From: an uncultured Gemmatimonadales bacterium
GTDB taxonomy: Bacteria > Gemmatimonadota > Gemmatimonadetes > Gemmatimonadales > GWC2-71-9
Length of the DNA stretch: 64,000 nucleotides
NCBI GenBank assembly: GCA_963817715.1
Contig: CAWFPG010000004.1
Span: 327,673-391,672 of the forward strand
Direction: 5' to 3'
The notes beneath the pieces are model-generated. The model saw only the letters and a program-made list of their open reading frames with translations, did not search any database and was not told the DNA's origin. The translations under genes and the position numbers were made by a program. Shown one piece after another: positions 8,966 to 18,349 of the stretch (its first letter is position 1; every line of letters begins with the position of its first letter).

Positions 8966-11333
8966 CCGCCGACGGACAGGCGGCGGCGCTCGCTTCGCTC
9001 GAGTTCGCTGCCGTCCTCGAGGTTGTCGCCGGCCGTGCGGCGGGCGAGGTCGCCGCGGCCCGGCTCCGGGCACTCTGCCCCGGCACTGATCCCCACGCCA
9101 TCACCACCGAACTCGATCGCGTCGCCGAGGTGCTCACGTTGCACCGGCGGGGCGAACGGCTCGACGTGCCCCCCGTGCCGGCGCTCCGTGGTGCACTGGC
9201 CCGACTCCGGGTCGAGGGGAGCGTGCTCGAGCTGGGGGAACTGGCCGATGTCCGCCACAGCCTTGCTGCCGGTCGGGTGATCGCCACCGAGCTGGAACGC
9301 ATCGCGGAGGCGGCTCCTCGACTCGCCGAGCTGCGGGTGCCGCCCATCGCCACCACGATCACCCGCGACCTCGATCGCGCGATCGACGACGATGGCGAGC
9401 TGCTCGACGGGGCATCGCCCGCGCTGGCCGCTGCCCGCCGGGAGGTGCACGCATCGCGTGAGCGGCTCATCAAGCGACTCGAGACGATTCTCAGGGACCT
9501 CGATGCCGCCGGGGCAGGTGCGGTCACGATGCGAGGCGGTCGCTACGTGATCCCGGTCCGCCGCGATGCGCGCCATCGCCCCGACGGGATCATCCACGAT
9601 GAGTCCGGCTCGGCGGGCACGCTGTTCATCGAGCCGACCGCGGCGATTCCGCTCGGCAATGCGCTCCGGGCGGCGATCATTGCCGAAGAGCGCGAGGTGC
9701 TCGCGGTGCTCCGCGCGCTCACCGAGGCGCTGCGACCCGAACGCGAGGCGATCGTCGCACTGCACGAGATGAGTGTGTCGGTTGACACCATCGTCGCGCG
9801 CGCCGCATGGGCGTTCGACTGCGGTGCCGAGCGACCGGAACTGACCGGCCCGGGTGGTGCCCTCGCGCTGCGCGACGCGCGGCACCCGCTGCTGCTCGCC
9901 CGCGGCGTCGACGTGGTGCCGTTCACGCTGGTGCTGGAGCCGGATGAGCGCACCCTGCTGATCTCGGGGCCCAACACCGGTGGCAAGACCGTGCTGCTCA
10001 AGACCGTGGCGCTGGCGCTGCTGCTCACCGCCAGCGGGGTGATTCCGCCGCTGGGAGCCGAATCGGCGGTGCCGTTGGTCGATCTGGTCTTCGTGGACAT
10101 CGGCGATCACCAGTCGCTGCAGGCCGACCTGTCGACCTTCTCGGCCCACGTGGCCGAGTTGCGCCGGATCCTCGACGGCGCCGATCGGACCTCGTTGGTG
10201 ATCCTCGACGAGATCGGCAGCGGCACCGATCCGGCGGAGGGCGGCGCCCTGGCAATGGCGGTGCTCGAGGAGCTCACCCGGCGCGGGGTGCTCACGATCG
10301 CCACCACCCATCTCGGCGCGCTCAAGACCCTCGCCACCGCGGTCCCCGGGGTCGTCAACGGGTCGCTGCAGTTCGACGCGGCGACGCTCTCGCCGACCTA
10401 CCGCTTCACCAAGGGGATTCCGGGTCGCTCCTACGGGATCGCGATCGCCCGGCGTCTCGGCGTGTCAGCGGCGGTGCTCGACGCTGCCGAGGCACTGGTG
10501 CCCGAGGCCGAGCGCGAACTCGACCGGTTGCTGGCCAGCGTGGAGTCGCGGGAACAGGAGCTGCGACACGACGAGCACCGAGCTGATCGAGCGGACGGTC
10601 GACGTCGATCGCCGCGAGGCCGTCGTCGCCTCCCATGAGGCCTCACAGCGGGCCCGTGAGGCCGAACTCCGCCGCGCGGAGAAGGAAGCCGAGCGGGAGC
10701 GGGCCAAGCAGGCCCGGGCCTACCTGCTCGAGGCCCGCCGTCGGGTGGAGGACGCCCTGGCCCTGGCCAAGGGGGCGGCCGACGAGGCGGCGGCCCGGGA
10801 GGCGCGCCGGTTGGTGGAAGAGGGCATCCGGGCCGAAGGCGACGTACTCGACGACGACACGGTGGAGCAGGTGGCCCAGCCCGGTCAGCTGGCGGTCGGG
10901 GATCGGGTCCGGCTCTCCACCGGGGCGGCCGGCGAGGTTGCCGAGCTCCGGGGCGACGGCCGCGTCGTGGTGCAGGTCGGGCGCCATGCGGCTGGTGGTG
11001 AAGGCAACGGCGGTCACCCGACTGGCGCCGCGGGAGGCCGCGCCGGTGGTCCGGCCGACCCCGCGACTCCCCGACGAACCGGCCCGCGAGGCCGCCTGGG
11101 AGATCGACCTGCGCGGGATGCGCGCCGACGAGGCGGAGACGGTGGTGCTGGCGGCCCTCGACGGGGCGGTGCTGGCGGAGCAGCCGCATCTGCGCATCAT
11201 TCATGGCATGGGTACCGGGGTGCTTCGGGAGGTGGTCCGCGAGCTGCTGGGTGGCGACCGGCGGGTCGCGTCGTTCGACTTTGCGCCGCGTCAGCAGGGT
11301 GGCACCGGCGTGACGATCGCGGTGCTGGCCTGA
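8962..11333 (+). pseudogene. mutS2: endonuclease MutS2 (MutS ATPase plus Smr domain), interrupted by two apparent +1 frameshifts as given
   Basis: The N-terminal and ATPase part is in the frame of 8962 (GPNTGGKT, ILDEIGSGTDP). The coiled-coil/KOW part is in the frame of 10745. The Smr domain (EIDLRGMRADEA...IIHGMGTGVLR) is in the frame of 10635..11333. The span is 2372 nt, i.e. 3n+2. Confidence 0.8.
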
Positions 11334-13142
11334 TGGCCCGGATCCCCGACGAGCTGATCGAGCAGGTCCGCGACGCGGCCGACCTGCTGGAGATCGTCCA
11401 GGAGTCGGTGCAACTCAAGCGCACCGGCAGCGACTGGCGCGGGCCGTGTCCGTTCCACGGCGGCAAGCATCGCAACTTCTCGGTGATCCCCCGCAAGAAC
11501 CTCTACTACTGCTTCGTCTGTCATGCCGCGGGCGACGTGTTCACCTGGTATCGCGAGCGCTTCGGGATGGATTATCCGAGCGCGGTCCGCGAGGTGGCGC
11601 GGCGGGTGGGCATCGTGATTCCGGAGCAGGCCGAGCGGGCCGGGCCCGATCCGCGCGAACCGTTGTTCCAGGCCTGCGATGCGGCACAGGCGTGGTACGC
11701 GCGCCAGCTGCGCGAGGCGCCCGACGCCGAGTCGGCTCGACGCTACCTGCAGGGCCGCGAGTTCTCGCTCGACGCCGCGGCGGAACACGGACTGGGCTGG
11801 GCCCCGAAGGGCGACGCCTTCCTGGCGGCGATGCGCGAGCTGGGGATCGGCGAAGCCGTGCTCGAGGAGGCGGCGCTGCTCCAGCGACGCGACGACGGCT
11901 CCTCGTTTCCGCGTTTCCGCAACCGGTTGCTCTTCCCGATCCACGATCTCCGCGGCCGCGTGGTCGGCTTCGGTGGGCGACTGCTCGGCCCCGGCGAGCC
12001 GAAGTACCTCAACTCGCCCGAGACCCCGATCTTCCACAAGGGCGAGCAGCTCTACCACATCCATGTCGCCAAGCTGGCGATCCGCAAGGCAGAGTGTGCG
12101 GTGGTGGTGGAGGGCTACTTCGACGCCCTGCGGCTCTCGCTGGTCGGCCTCGATCATGTGGTGGCGCCGCTGGGCACCGCGCTCACCGAGGCGCAGGCCA
12201 AGTTGCTGCACCGCTACACCGGTGAGGTGGTCCTCTGCTACGACTCGGACGCGGCGGGGCTCCGGGCGACCTTCCGGGCCGCCGATGCGCTCCTCGCCGA
12301 GGGGGTGCGGGTGCGGGTCGCCACGATGCCCGAGGGACGAGGATCCCGACGATGTGGCCCGGCGGGGCGGGGCCGCGGCGGTCACCGCCCTGCTCGACGA
12401 CTCGGTCGACGTGCTGGAGCGCAAGCTGCAGCTCCTCGAGCGCCACGGCTGGTTCGCCGACGTGCACAAGGCCCGCGAGGCGCTCGACCGGCTGCTGCCG
12501 ACGTTGCGAGCAGCGACCGATTCGGTGACCCGCGAGCTCTACATCTCGCGGGTGGCCGAGCGCCTCGGCATTCCCCGCGACACCGTGGCCGAGGAGACCG
12601 CCGCGGTCCGGGCCCGGCCGGCGCCGCCGCCTCCACCACCGAGGAGCCAGCCGCCGAGTCGTCCGGAGGCCCCGCTCGCCGGCGTCCCCCGGACCCCCGG
12701 CGCGTCAATCGAGCGCAAGCTCCTCCGGCTGCTGCTGCATCGTCCGGAGTGGCTGGAGCGGGCCCGAGGGGAAGTCGCGCCCGACCGCTTCGCCGTGCCG
12801 GCCTTCCGGCAGATCTACGAAGCCCTGGTGGCCCTCCCCGAAGGCGCACCGGTCGGCGATGCCCTGGCAGCGCTCGACGATCGGGGCCGTGAGGTGTGGG
12901 AACGCCTTGTCGGGGGTGGCGAGCCGGTCAGCGGGCCCGAGGCCGATCGGGAGTATGTCGGTGCCCTGGCGGCGCTTGAGGAGATGCTCGTCTTCCCCGA
13001 GATCGGGGCCGAGACGGACCCGATGGAGATGAACCGACGCTGGCGGGCGCTCAGTCCCGAGGGGCAGGCCCGATTCCAGATGTATCTTGCTACCACCCGG
13101 CGGTCGCGACGCGGCCGCGGCCGAACCGATTCCGAGGAGTGA
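11333..13142 (+). pseudogene. dnaG: DNA primase DnaG, with one apparent +1 frameshift near 12335-12338 (a sequencing error is not excluded)
   Basis: The ATG at 11333 overlaps the mutS2 stop (TGATG). The zinc ribbon (CPFHGGKHRNFSV...YYCFVCHAAGD) and TOPRIM (VVVEGYFD, LCYDSDAAG) run up to ...VATMPEG. EDPDDVARRGG and the C-terminal domain continue in the frame of ORF 11679..13142. Confidence 0.8.
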
Positions 13143-13148
13143 CACCCG

Positions 13149-13865
13149 ATGCATCCAGACCTGCCCAAGCTGCTCGAGGTCCAGGGCAAGGATCGCCGAC
13201 TTGCCGAGCTGGCAAGCAGCCTCGCCGAGCTCGAAGCCGAGCGCACGGCCCTCGACGAAGCATTGGAGGCGGCACGCCACCAGATCGATTCGGCGCGGCG
13301 AGGCCTGGAGGAGAGCGCCACCCGTCGTGACGAGCGGGCCGAGAAGCTCGAGACCCAGCGGACCCATCAGGAGCGGCGCCGTGAGCGGCTGGAGCAGGAG
13401 CGCAACCCGCGAGTGGCCGCCCAGTTGATGGCCGACGTGGAACTGGCTCGCAGCATCCTGGCGCAGGAGGAGAGCGAGTGGTTGCGGCTGGCCGAGGAAG
13501 CGACCCAGCGCGAGGCGGCGGTCGCCGCCGCCGAAGAACAGCTGGCCGTCCTCGAGAGCGAGCAGGCCGAGCAGCGCGAGACGCTGGCCCAGCAGATCGA
13601 GACCGCCACCGTCGAGCACGATGCCGCGAAGGAGGAGCGCGAGGCAGCAGCGAGCCAACTCGATCGCACCCTGCGCACCCGCTACGACCGACTGCGGAAT
13701 TCGCGCAAGACGGAAGTGCTGGTGCCGGCGAACAACGCCATCTGCACCGCCTGCTACACCGCGATCCCGCGCTCGCGCATCGGGCAGCTGCAGGCCGAAG
13801 GTCTGCTGCTCGAGGGGTGCGAGATGTGCGGTGCGCTGCTGTACATGGAGGAGGTGACGGCCTGA
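13149..13865 (+). CDS. coiled-coil C4 zinc-ribbon protein (COG1579-like)
   Basis: 238 aa: a long Glu/Arg/Ala-rich coiled coil followed by a terminal CTACYTAIP...GCEMCGALL zinc ribbon. Confidence 0.7.
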   Translation: MHPDLPKLLEVQGKDRRLAELASSLAELEAERTALDEALEAARHQIDSARRGLEESATRRDERAEKLETQRTHQERRRERLEQERNPRVAAQLMADVELARSILAQEESEWLRLAEEATQREAAVAAAEEQLAVLESEQAEQRETLAQQIETATVEHDAAKEEREAAASQLDRTLRTRYDRLRNSRKTEVLVPANNAICTACYTAIPRSRIGQLQAEGLLLEGCEMCGALLYMEEVTA

Positions 13866-13870
13866 CCGTC

Positions 13871-15595
13871 TTGCCGGGAACCCGGCTGGCGCCGACGCCG
13901 CGCTGGCGTCTCGCCCCGGTCCCCGACCGCGACGCGGCGCGTACCCTCGCCGCGGCCCTCAACCTGCCCCTGCCGCTTGCCGCCCTCCTGGTGCAGCGCG
14001 GTCATGCCACCCCGGCAGCCGCCCGTAGCTTCCTGCGTCCCGACCTCTCCACGCTCAGCGATCCAGGTCGCCTCGCCGGCATGGCCACCGCCGTCGAGAC
14101 GATCACCTCGGCCGTCACCGCCGGCGAGACCATCCTGGTCCATGGCGACTACGATGTCGACGGCCAGTGTGCCACCGCGTTGCTGGTGCGCACCCTGCAG
14201 GCCGCCGGCGCCGACGTGCATGGCTTCGTCCCGAACCGGCTGCGCGATGGCTACGACTTCGGCCCCGCGGGGCTCCGGGAGGCCGAACGACTCGGTGCCC
14301 GGCTGATCGTCACCTGCGACTGCGGCATCACCGCGGTCGAGACGGTGGCCGCGGCCCGGGAACGCGGTCTCACGGTGATCGTCACCGATCACCACCTGCC
14401 CGGTGCCACGCTGCCGCCGGCACACGCGGTGGTCGATCCGCAGCAGCCCGGCGACCGCTCCGGTCTCACCACGCTCTCGGGCACCGGGATCGCGTTCAAG
14501 CTGGCCCAGGCGCTGCAGTCGCCACTGGGGCTGCCGGAGAACTTTCCCTGGCACCTGCTCGATCTCGTGGCGCTCGCCACGATCGCCGACGTGGTGCCCC
14601 TGGTCGGCGAGAACCGGGTCCTGGTCAAGCACGGCCTGCGGCTGCTGCCGCACTCGCGGTGGCCGGGTGTCCGTGCACTGCTGGCCGCCGCCGGCGTCGA
14701 TCGCGACGAGGTCCGCGCGGGCCAGGTCGGCTTCATCGTGGCTCCACGCCTCAACGCGACCGGCCGCATCGCGGAGGCCAGCGACGGGCTTCGGCTCCTG
14801 CTGACCGACGATCCGGCCGAGGCCGAGGCGCTCGCGACACGGCTGGAAGAGCTCAATCGCAACCGGCAGGCGATCGACCAGTCGATCCTCGAGGACGCCT
14901 TGGCGGTGGTGGAGCGTGAGTTCGGCGACCCCGAGCAGCATCGCGCCATTGTGCTGGCCGGCGATGGCTGGCACCCGGGGGTGGTGGGGATCGTGGCGTC
15001 GCGCGTGGTGGAGCGGTTCGGCCGACCGACCTTCCTGATCGGGCTCGACGGCGAGACCGGCAAGGGCAGTGGACGCAGCATCGAGCACTTCGACCTGCAC
15101 GGGGCGCTGGTCGCCTGCGGCGACCTGCTCGAGCGTTTCGGTGGCCATCACATGGCGGCGGGGCTCACGATCCGTCGCGATCAGGTTGCGGCGTTTCGCG
15201 AGCGATTCAATGCGCTCACGCGCGATCGACTGCCGGTCGAGCAACTCGGCCCCGAGCAGCGAGTGGACCTCGAGCTGGCGGCCGGCGACGTGAGCGAGGA
15301 CCTCGAGCGCTGGGGCCGCCACCTGGAGCCCTGCGGGATGGGCAATCCGGCCCCGGTCTTCGGGCTCCGCCGCGCCCGTCTGGGCGGGGTCCGCACCGTG
15401 GGCAGCAATCACCTCAAGGCCACTCTCGAGGCGGAGAATCATCGGCTCGACGCCATCGCCTTCAACTGGGCCGACCGTGCCGCCACCTTCCAGGATGACC
15501 CGGTCGACGTGGCGTTCCGGCTCGAGCGCAACGAGTGGCAGGGCCGCAGCACGCTGCAGGCACGAGTGCTGGCCCTCGGGCCCAGCGACGGATGA
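13871..15595 (+). CDS. recJ: single-stranded-DNA-specific exonuclease RecJ
   Basis: DHH/DHHA1 motifs: ILVHGDYDVDGQCA, VTCDCGI, VIVTDHH, GGHHMAAG. The start is ambiguous (TTG at 13871, or GTG at 13817 or 13826). Confidence 0.85.
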   Translation: MPGTRLAPTPRWRLAPVPDRDAARTLAAALNLPLPLAALLVQRGHATPAAARSFLRPDLSTLSDPGRLAGMATAVETITSAVTAGETILVHGDYDVDGQCATALLVRTLQAAGADVHGFVPNRLRDGYDFGPAGLREAERLGARLIVTCDCGITAVETVAAARERGLTVIVTDHHLPGATLPPAHAVVDPQQPGDRSGLTTLSGTGIAFKLAQALQSPLGLPENFPWHLLDLVALATIADVVPLVGENRVLVKHGLRLLPHSRWPGVRALLAAAGVDRDEVRAGQVGFIVAPRLNATGRIAEASDGLRLLLTDDPAEAEALATRLEELNRNRQAIDQSILEDALAVVEREFGDPEQHRAIVLAGDGWHPGVVGIVASRVVERFGRPTFLIGLDGETGKGSGRSIEHFDLHGALVACGDLLERFGGHHMAAGLTIRRDQVAAFRERFNALTRDRLPVEQLGPEQRVDLELAAGDVSEDLERWGRHLEPCGMGNPAPVFGLRRARLGGVRTVGSNHLKATLEAENHRLDAIAFNWADRAATFQDDPVDVAFRLERNEWQGRSTLQARVLALGPSDG

Positions 15596-16110
15596 CCCGG
15601 ATCGTGAGCGGCACCTGGGGTGGGCGGCGCCTGATGGTGCCGCGCGACCGACGGGTGCGGCCGACCGCCGAGCGGGTCCGCGAGGCGTGGCTGGCGATCC
15701 TCACGCCCGAGCTTGCCGGGGCGCGGGTGCTCGACCTCTTTGCGGGGAGTGGCGCCCTGGGGCTCGAGGCGCTGTCGCGCGGCGCGTCGCATGCCACCTT
15801 CGTGGAGATGCATCGCGCCTCGCTCGATGCCCTGGCGGCGAACATCGCGGCGCTCGACGCCGCCCCGCACACCGTGGTGCGGCGAGGCGACGCGATGCGG
15901 TTCCTCGACACGATCGCGCCGGGCACATACGACGTGGTGCTTGCCGATCCGCCGTTCACCATCGATTTCGCGCCGCGACTGGCCGAGCGCTGGCTGGCCG
16001 CCCCGTTTGCACCGCTGCTGGCGGTGGAGCATGCTCCCAAGGTCCAGGTCGCCGGCGGCGAGACGCGCCGCTGGGGCGACGTGGCCGTCACCTTCCTCCG
16101 GGCCCCATGA
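15592..16110 (+). CDS. rsmD: 16S rRNA (guanine966-N2)-methyltransferase RsmD
   Basis: The ATG at 15592 overlaps the recJ stop. MTRIVSGTWGGRRL...RPTAERVREA...LDLFAGSGALGLEALSRGA...ADPPF. Confidence 0.8.
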   Translation: MTRIVSGTWGGRRLMVPRDRRVRPTAERVREAWLAILTPELAGARVLDLFAGSGALGLEALSRGASHATFVEMHRASLDALAANIAALDAAPHTVVRRGDAMRFLDTIAPGTYDVVLADPPFTIDFAPRLAERWLAAPFAPLLAVEHAPKVQVAGGETRRWGDVAVTFLRAP

Positions 16111-16589
16111 CGCGCATCGCCATCTATCCAGGCTCGTTCGACCCGCCGACCCGAGGCCACGAGGACCTGGCCCGGCGGGCTCTCGGCCTCTGCGACCATC
16201 TCGTGGTTGCCGTGGCGATCAATCCCGGCAAGCAGCCGCTCTTCTCGGTGGAGGAGCGCCTGCGACTCCTGCAGGTGGCGCTCGGCGACGAACCACGGAT
16301 CGAGTTCGCGTCGTTCGCCGGTCTGCTGGCCGACTTCGCCCGCGAGCGCGGCGCCACGATGGCGGTGCGCGGTCTCCGGGCCGTGAGCGACTTCGAGAAC
16401 GAGTTCCAGATGGCACTGATGAACCGTCGCCTCAATTCGCAGCTCGAGACGGTCTTCATGGTACCGGCGATCGACCTGACCTATCTGTCGTCGTCCTTGG
16501 TGCGCGAGGTGTCCCGCTTCGGTGGCAGCCTCGATGGCCTGGTGCATCCCGAGGTGGCGCGCGCCCTGGCCGATCGATTCCGCGAATGA
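16107..16589 (+). CDS. coaD: phosphopantetheine adenylyltransferase
   Basis: 160 aa with the canonical YPGSFDPPTRGHEDL ... ISSSLVRE-type motifs and an ATGA overlap with rsmD. Confidence 0.92.
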   Translation: MTRIAIYPGSFDPPTRGHEDLARRALGLCDHLVVAVAINPGKQPLFSVEERLRLLQVALGDEPRIEFASFAGLLADFARERGATMAVRGLRAVSDFENEFQMALMNRRLNSQLETVFMVPAIDLTYLSSSLVREVSRFGGSLDGLVHPEVARALADRFRE

Positions 16590-17536
16590 GCCTGCGGGAG
16601 CTGGTGCGCCGTCGGGCGGCGGGGCTGGCCGTGCGGCTGGTCTTCCCTGAGGGAGATGACCCGCGAATCATCGCCGCCGCCGGGACACTCCGGGAACTGG
16701 GGATTGCCGAGCCACGGCTCCTGGTCGCGGGCGAGCGTCCGGCCCCCGACGACCCGGCCCTTCAGGCCGCGGCCGATCTGCTCCGGGCCCGTCGTCCGGA
16801 GGCGGTGCGCGATGGACTGCATGCGCTCGATCTGGCTGCCGATCGGCTGCGCTTCGCGGCCGCGCTGGTGGCCCACGGTGAGGCCGATGGTTGTGTGGCC
16901 GGCGCCGTTGCGCCCACGGCCGAGGTGTTGCGAGCGGCGCTCTGGGCGATCGGCATGCGCGACGACCTCGGCACGGTGAGCGCGGCGATGTATCACGGCC
17001 TGCCCGATGGCCGCATCCTCACCTACACCGACGTGGCGGTGATTCCATCGCCCACCCCGGCTCAGCTCGCCGCCGCGGGGGCCGCAGCGGCCGACGATCG
17101 CCGCGCCCTGGTCGGCGACGAGCCGCGGGTGGCCTTCCTTTCGTTCAGCACCCACGGCAGCGCTGAGTGTGCCGAGACCGAGGCGGTGCGGGACGCCCTG
17201 GCACGGTTCCGGGTGCTCCGGCCCGCGGTGATCGCCGATGGCGAGTTGCAGGTCGATGCCGCGCTGGTGCCGGAGGTCGCCGCCCGCAAGTGTCCCGACT
17301 CGCCGGTCGCCGGCCGGGCCAATGTGCTGGTCTTTCCATCACTCGACGCGGCCAACATCGGCTACAAGCTCACCGAGCGGCTGGCCGGGGCCACGGCGGC
17401 CGGGCCGTTGCTGCAGGGACTGGCGCGACCGATGTCCGACCTGTCGCGCGGCGCGACACCCGATGATATTGTGGATGTGGCGGCGATGGTGGCCCTTCAG
17501 GCCGCGAATCGCCCGGGATCTCTCCAGGAGCGTTGA
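16586..17536 (+). CDS. phosphate acetyl/butyryl-transferase family protein
   Basis: 316 aa with an ATGA overlap with coaD. It shows a PTA_PTB-like sequence (FPEGDDPRII, DGELQVDAAL, ANVLVFPSLDAANIGYKL). Confidence 0.75.
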   Translation: MSLRELVRRRAAGLAVRLVFPEGDDPRIIAAAGTLRELGIAEPRLLVAGERPAPDDPALQAAADLLRARRPEAVRDGLHALDLAADRLRFAAALVAHGEADGCVAGAVAPTAEVLRAALWAIGMRDDLGTVSAAMYHGLPDGRILTYTDVAVIPSPTPAQLAAAGAAAADDRRALVGDEPRVAFLSFSTHGSAECAETEAVRDALARFRVLRPAVIADGELQVDAALVPEVAARKCPDSPVAGRANVLVFPSLDAANIGYKLTERLAGATAAGPLLQGLARPMSDLSRGATPDDIVDVAAMVALQAANRPGSLQER

Positions 17537-17877
17537 CAACGATGTCCATCACGACGACGCAATCGCCCGATGGGGTGACGATGGTGACGGTCGAGGGCCA
17601 GCTCATCGTGGCGAATCGGCAGGAACTCAAGCAGGTGATCGCCGACGCGGTCGAGGCCGGTGCCCGGAAGCTGGTGCTCGACTTTTCGGCCACCGCCTAC
17701 ATCGATTCCTCGGGCCTCGGTGCACTGGTCTCGATCAACAAGCGGGTGCGCGAGGCCGGCGGCGAGCTGCGCCTCGCGGGTCTCAACGAGGACCTGCGCT
17801 CGCTCTTCGAGCTGACCAAGCTGGACACCCTCTTCGCGATCGCGCCGACCGCGAACGAGGCTCTCGCGGGATTCTGA
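17533..17877 (+). CDS. STAS-domain anti-sigma-factor antagonist (SpoIIAA/RsbV-like)
   Basis: 114 aa; LDFSATAYIDSSGLGALV is typical of a STAS domain with a phosphorylatable Ser. Confidence 0.85.
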   Translation: MTTMSITTTQSPDGVTMVTVEGQLIVANRQELKQVIADAVEAGARKLVLDFSATAYIDSSGLGALVSINKRVREAGGELRLAGLNEDLRSLFELTKLDTLFAIAPTANEALAGF

Positions 17878-17885
17878 GACCGGCG

Positions 17886-18332
17886 ATGGGATTTGCCGCC
17901 CGGCGCATCCCGGCGCCGTCACTCGGTGCCGCCCGATTCGAGCTCGTGCTGCCCACCGACCTCGCCCTGGTCGGCGAGGCGGTCGAGGCCGTGGTCGACT
18001 GTTGTCGCGCGCAGGGCCCGCTCACCGGCCGGGCCCGGTTCCGACTCCGCACGGTCACCGCCGAGGCGATCGTCAACGCGATGACCTACGGGAATGCCAA
18101 CGACCCGGGTCGCCGGGTGCTGGTGGAGGTCGAGGTGCACCACGAACACATCGTGCTGGCGGTGGCCGATGAGGGCGACGGATTCGATCACGCCAGCGTG
18201 CGCGACCTCACCGAGGTCGAGTGCCACGAGGCCACCCGTGGTCGCGGGTTGTTCATGATCCGACGACTCGCCGAGCAGGTCGTCTTCAACGACCGAGGAA
18301 ACACCATCTGGATGACTCTGCCCCGACACTGA
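17886..18332 (+). CDS. anti-sigma regulatory factor / Ser-protein kinase (RsbW/SpoIIAB-like HATPase)
   Basis: Internal ATG at 17886. It carries EAIVNAMTYGN (N-box-like), VADEGDGF and GRGLFMIRRL motifs, directly after the STAS gene. Confidence 0.75.
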   Translation: MGFAARRIPAPSLGAARFELVLPTDLALVGEAVEAVVDCCRAQGPLTGRARFRLRTVTAEAIVNAMTYGNANDPGRRVLVEVEVHHEHIVLAVADEGDGFDHASVRDLTEVECHEATRGRGLFMIRRLAEQVVFNDRGNTIWMTLPRH

Positions 18333-18349
18333 GCACCCTGCGCGGCCTC

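Noticed and set aside
10745-11332. An open frame that links the middle of mutS2 directly into dnaG (715-aa ORF 10745..12892). It could be read as a MutS2-primase fusion.
   Set aside because: After about 10985 this frame encodes Gly/Arg/Ala-rich nonsense. The Smr domain lies in another frame, and dnaG has its own ATG at 11333 overlapping the mutS2 stop. The continuity is accidental.
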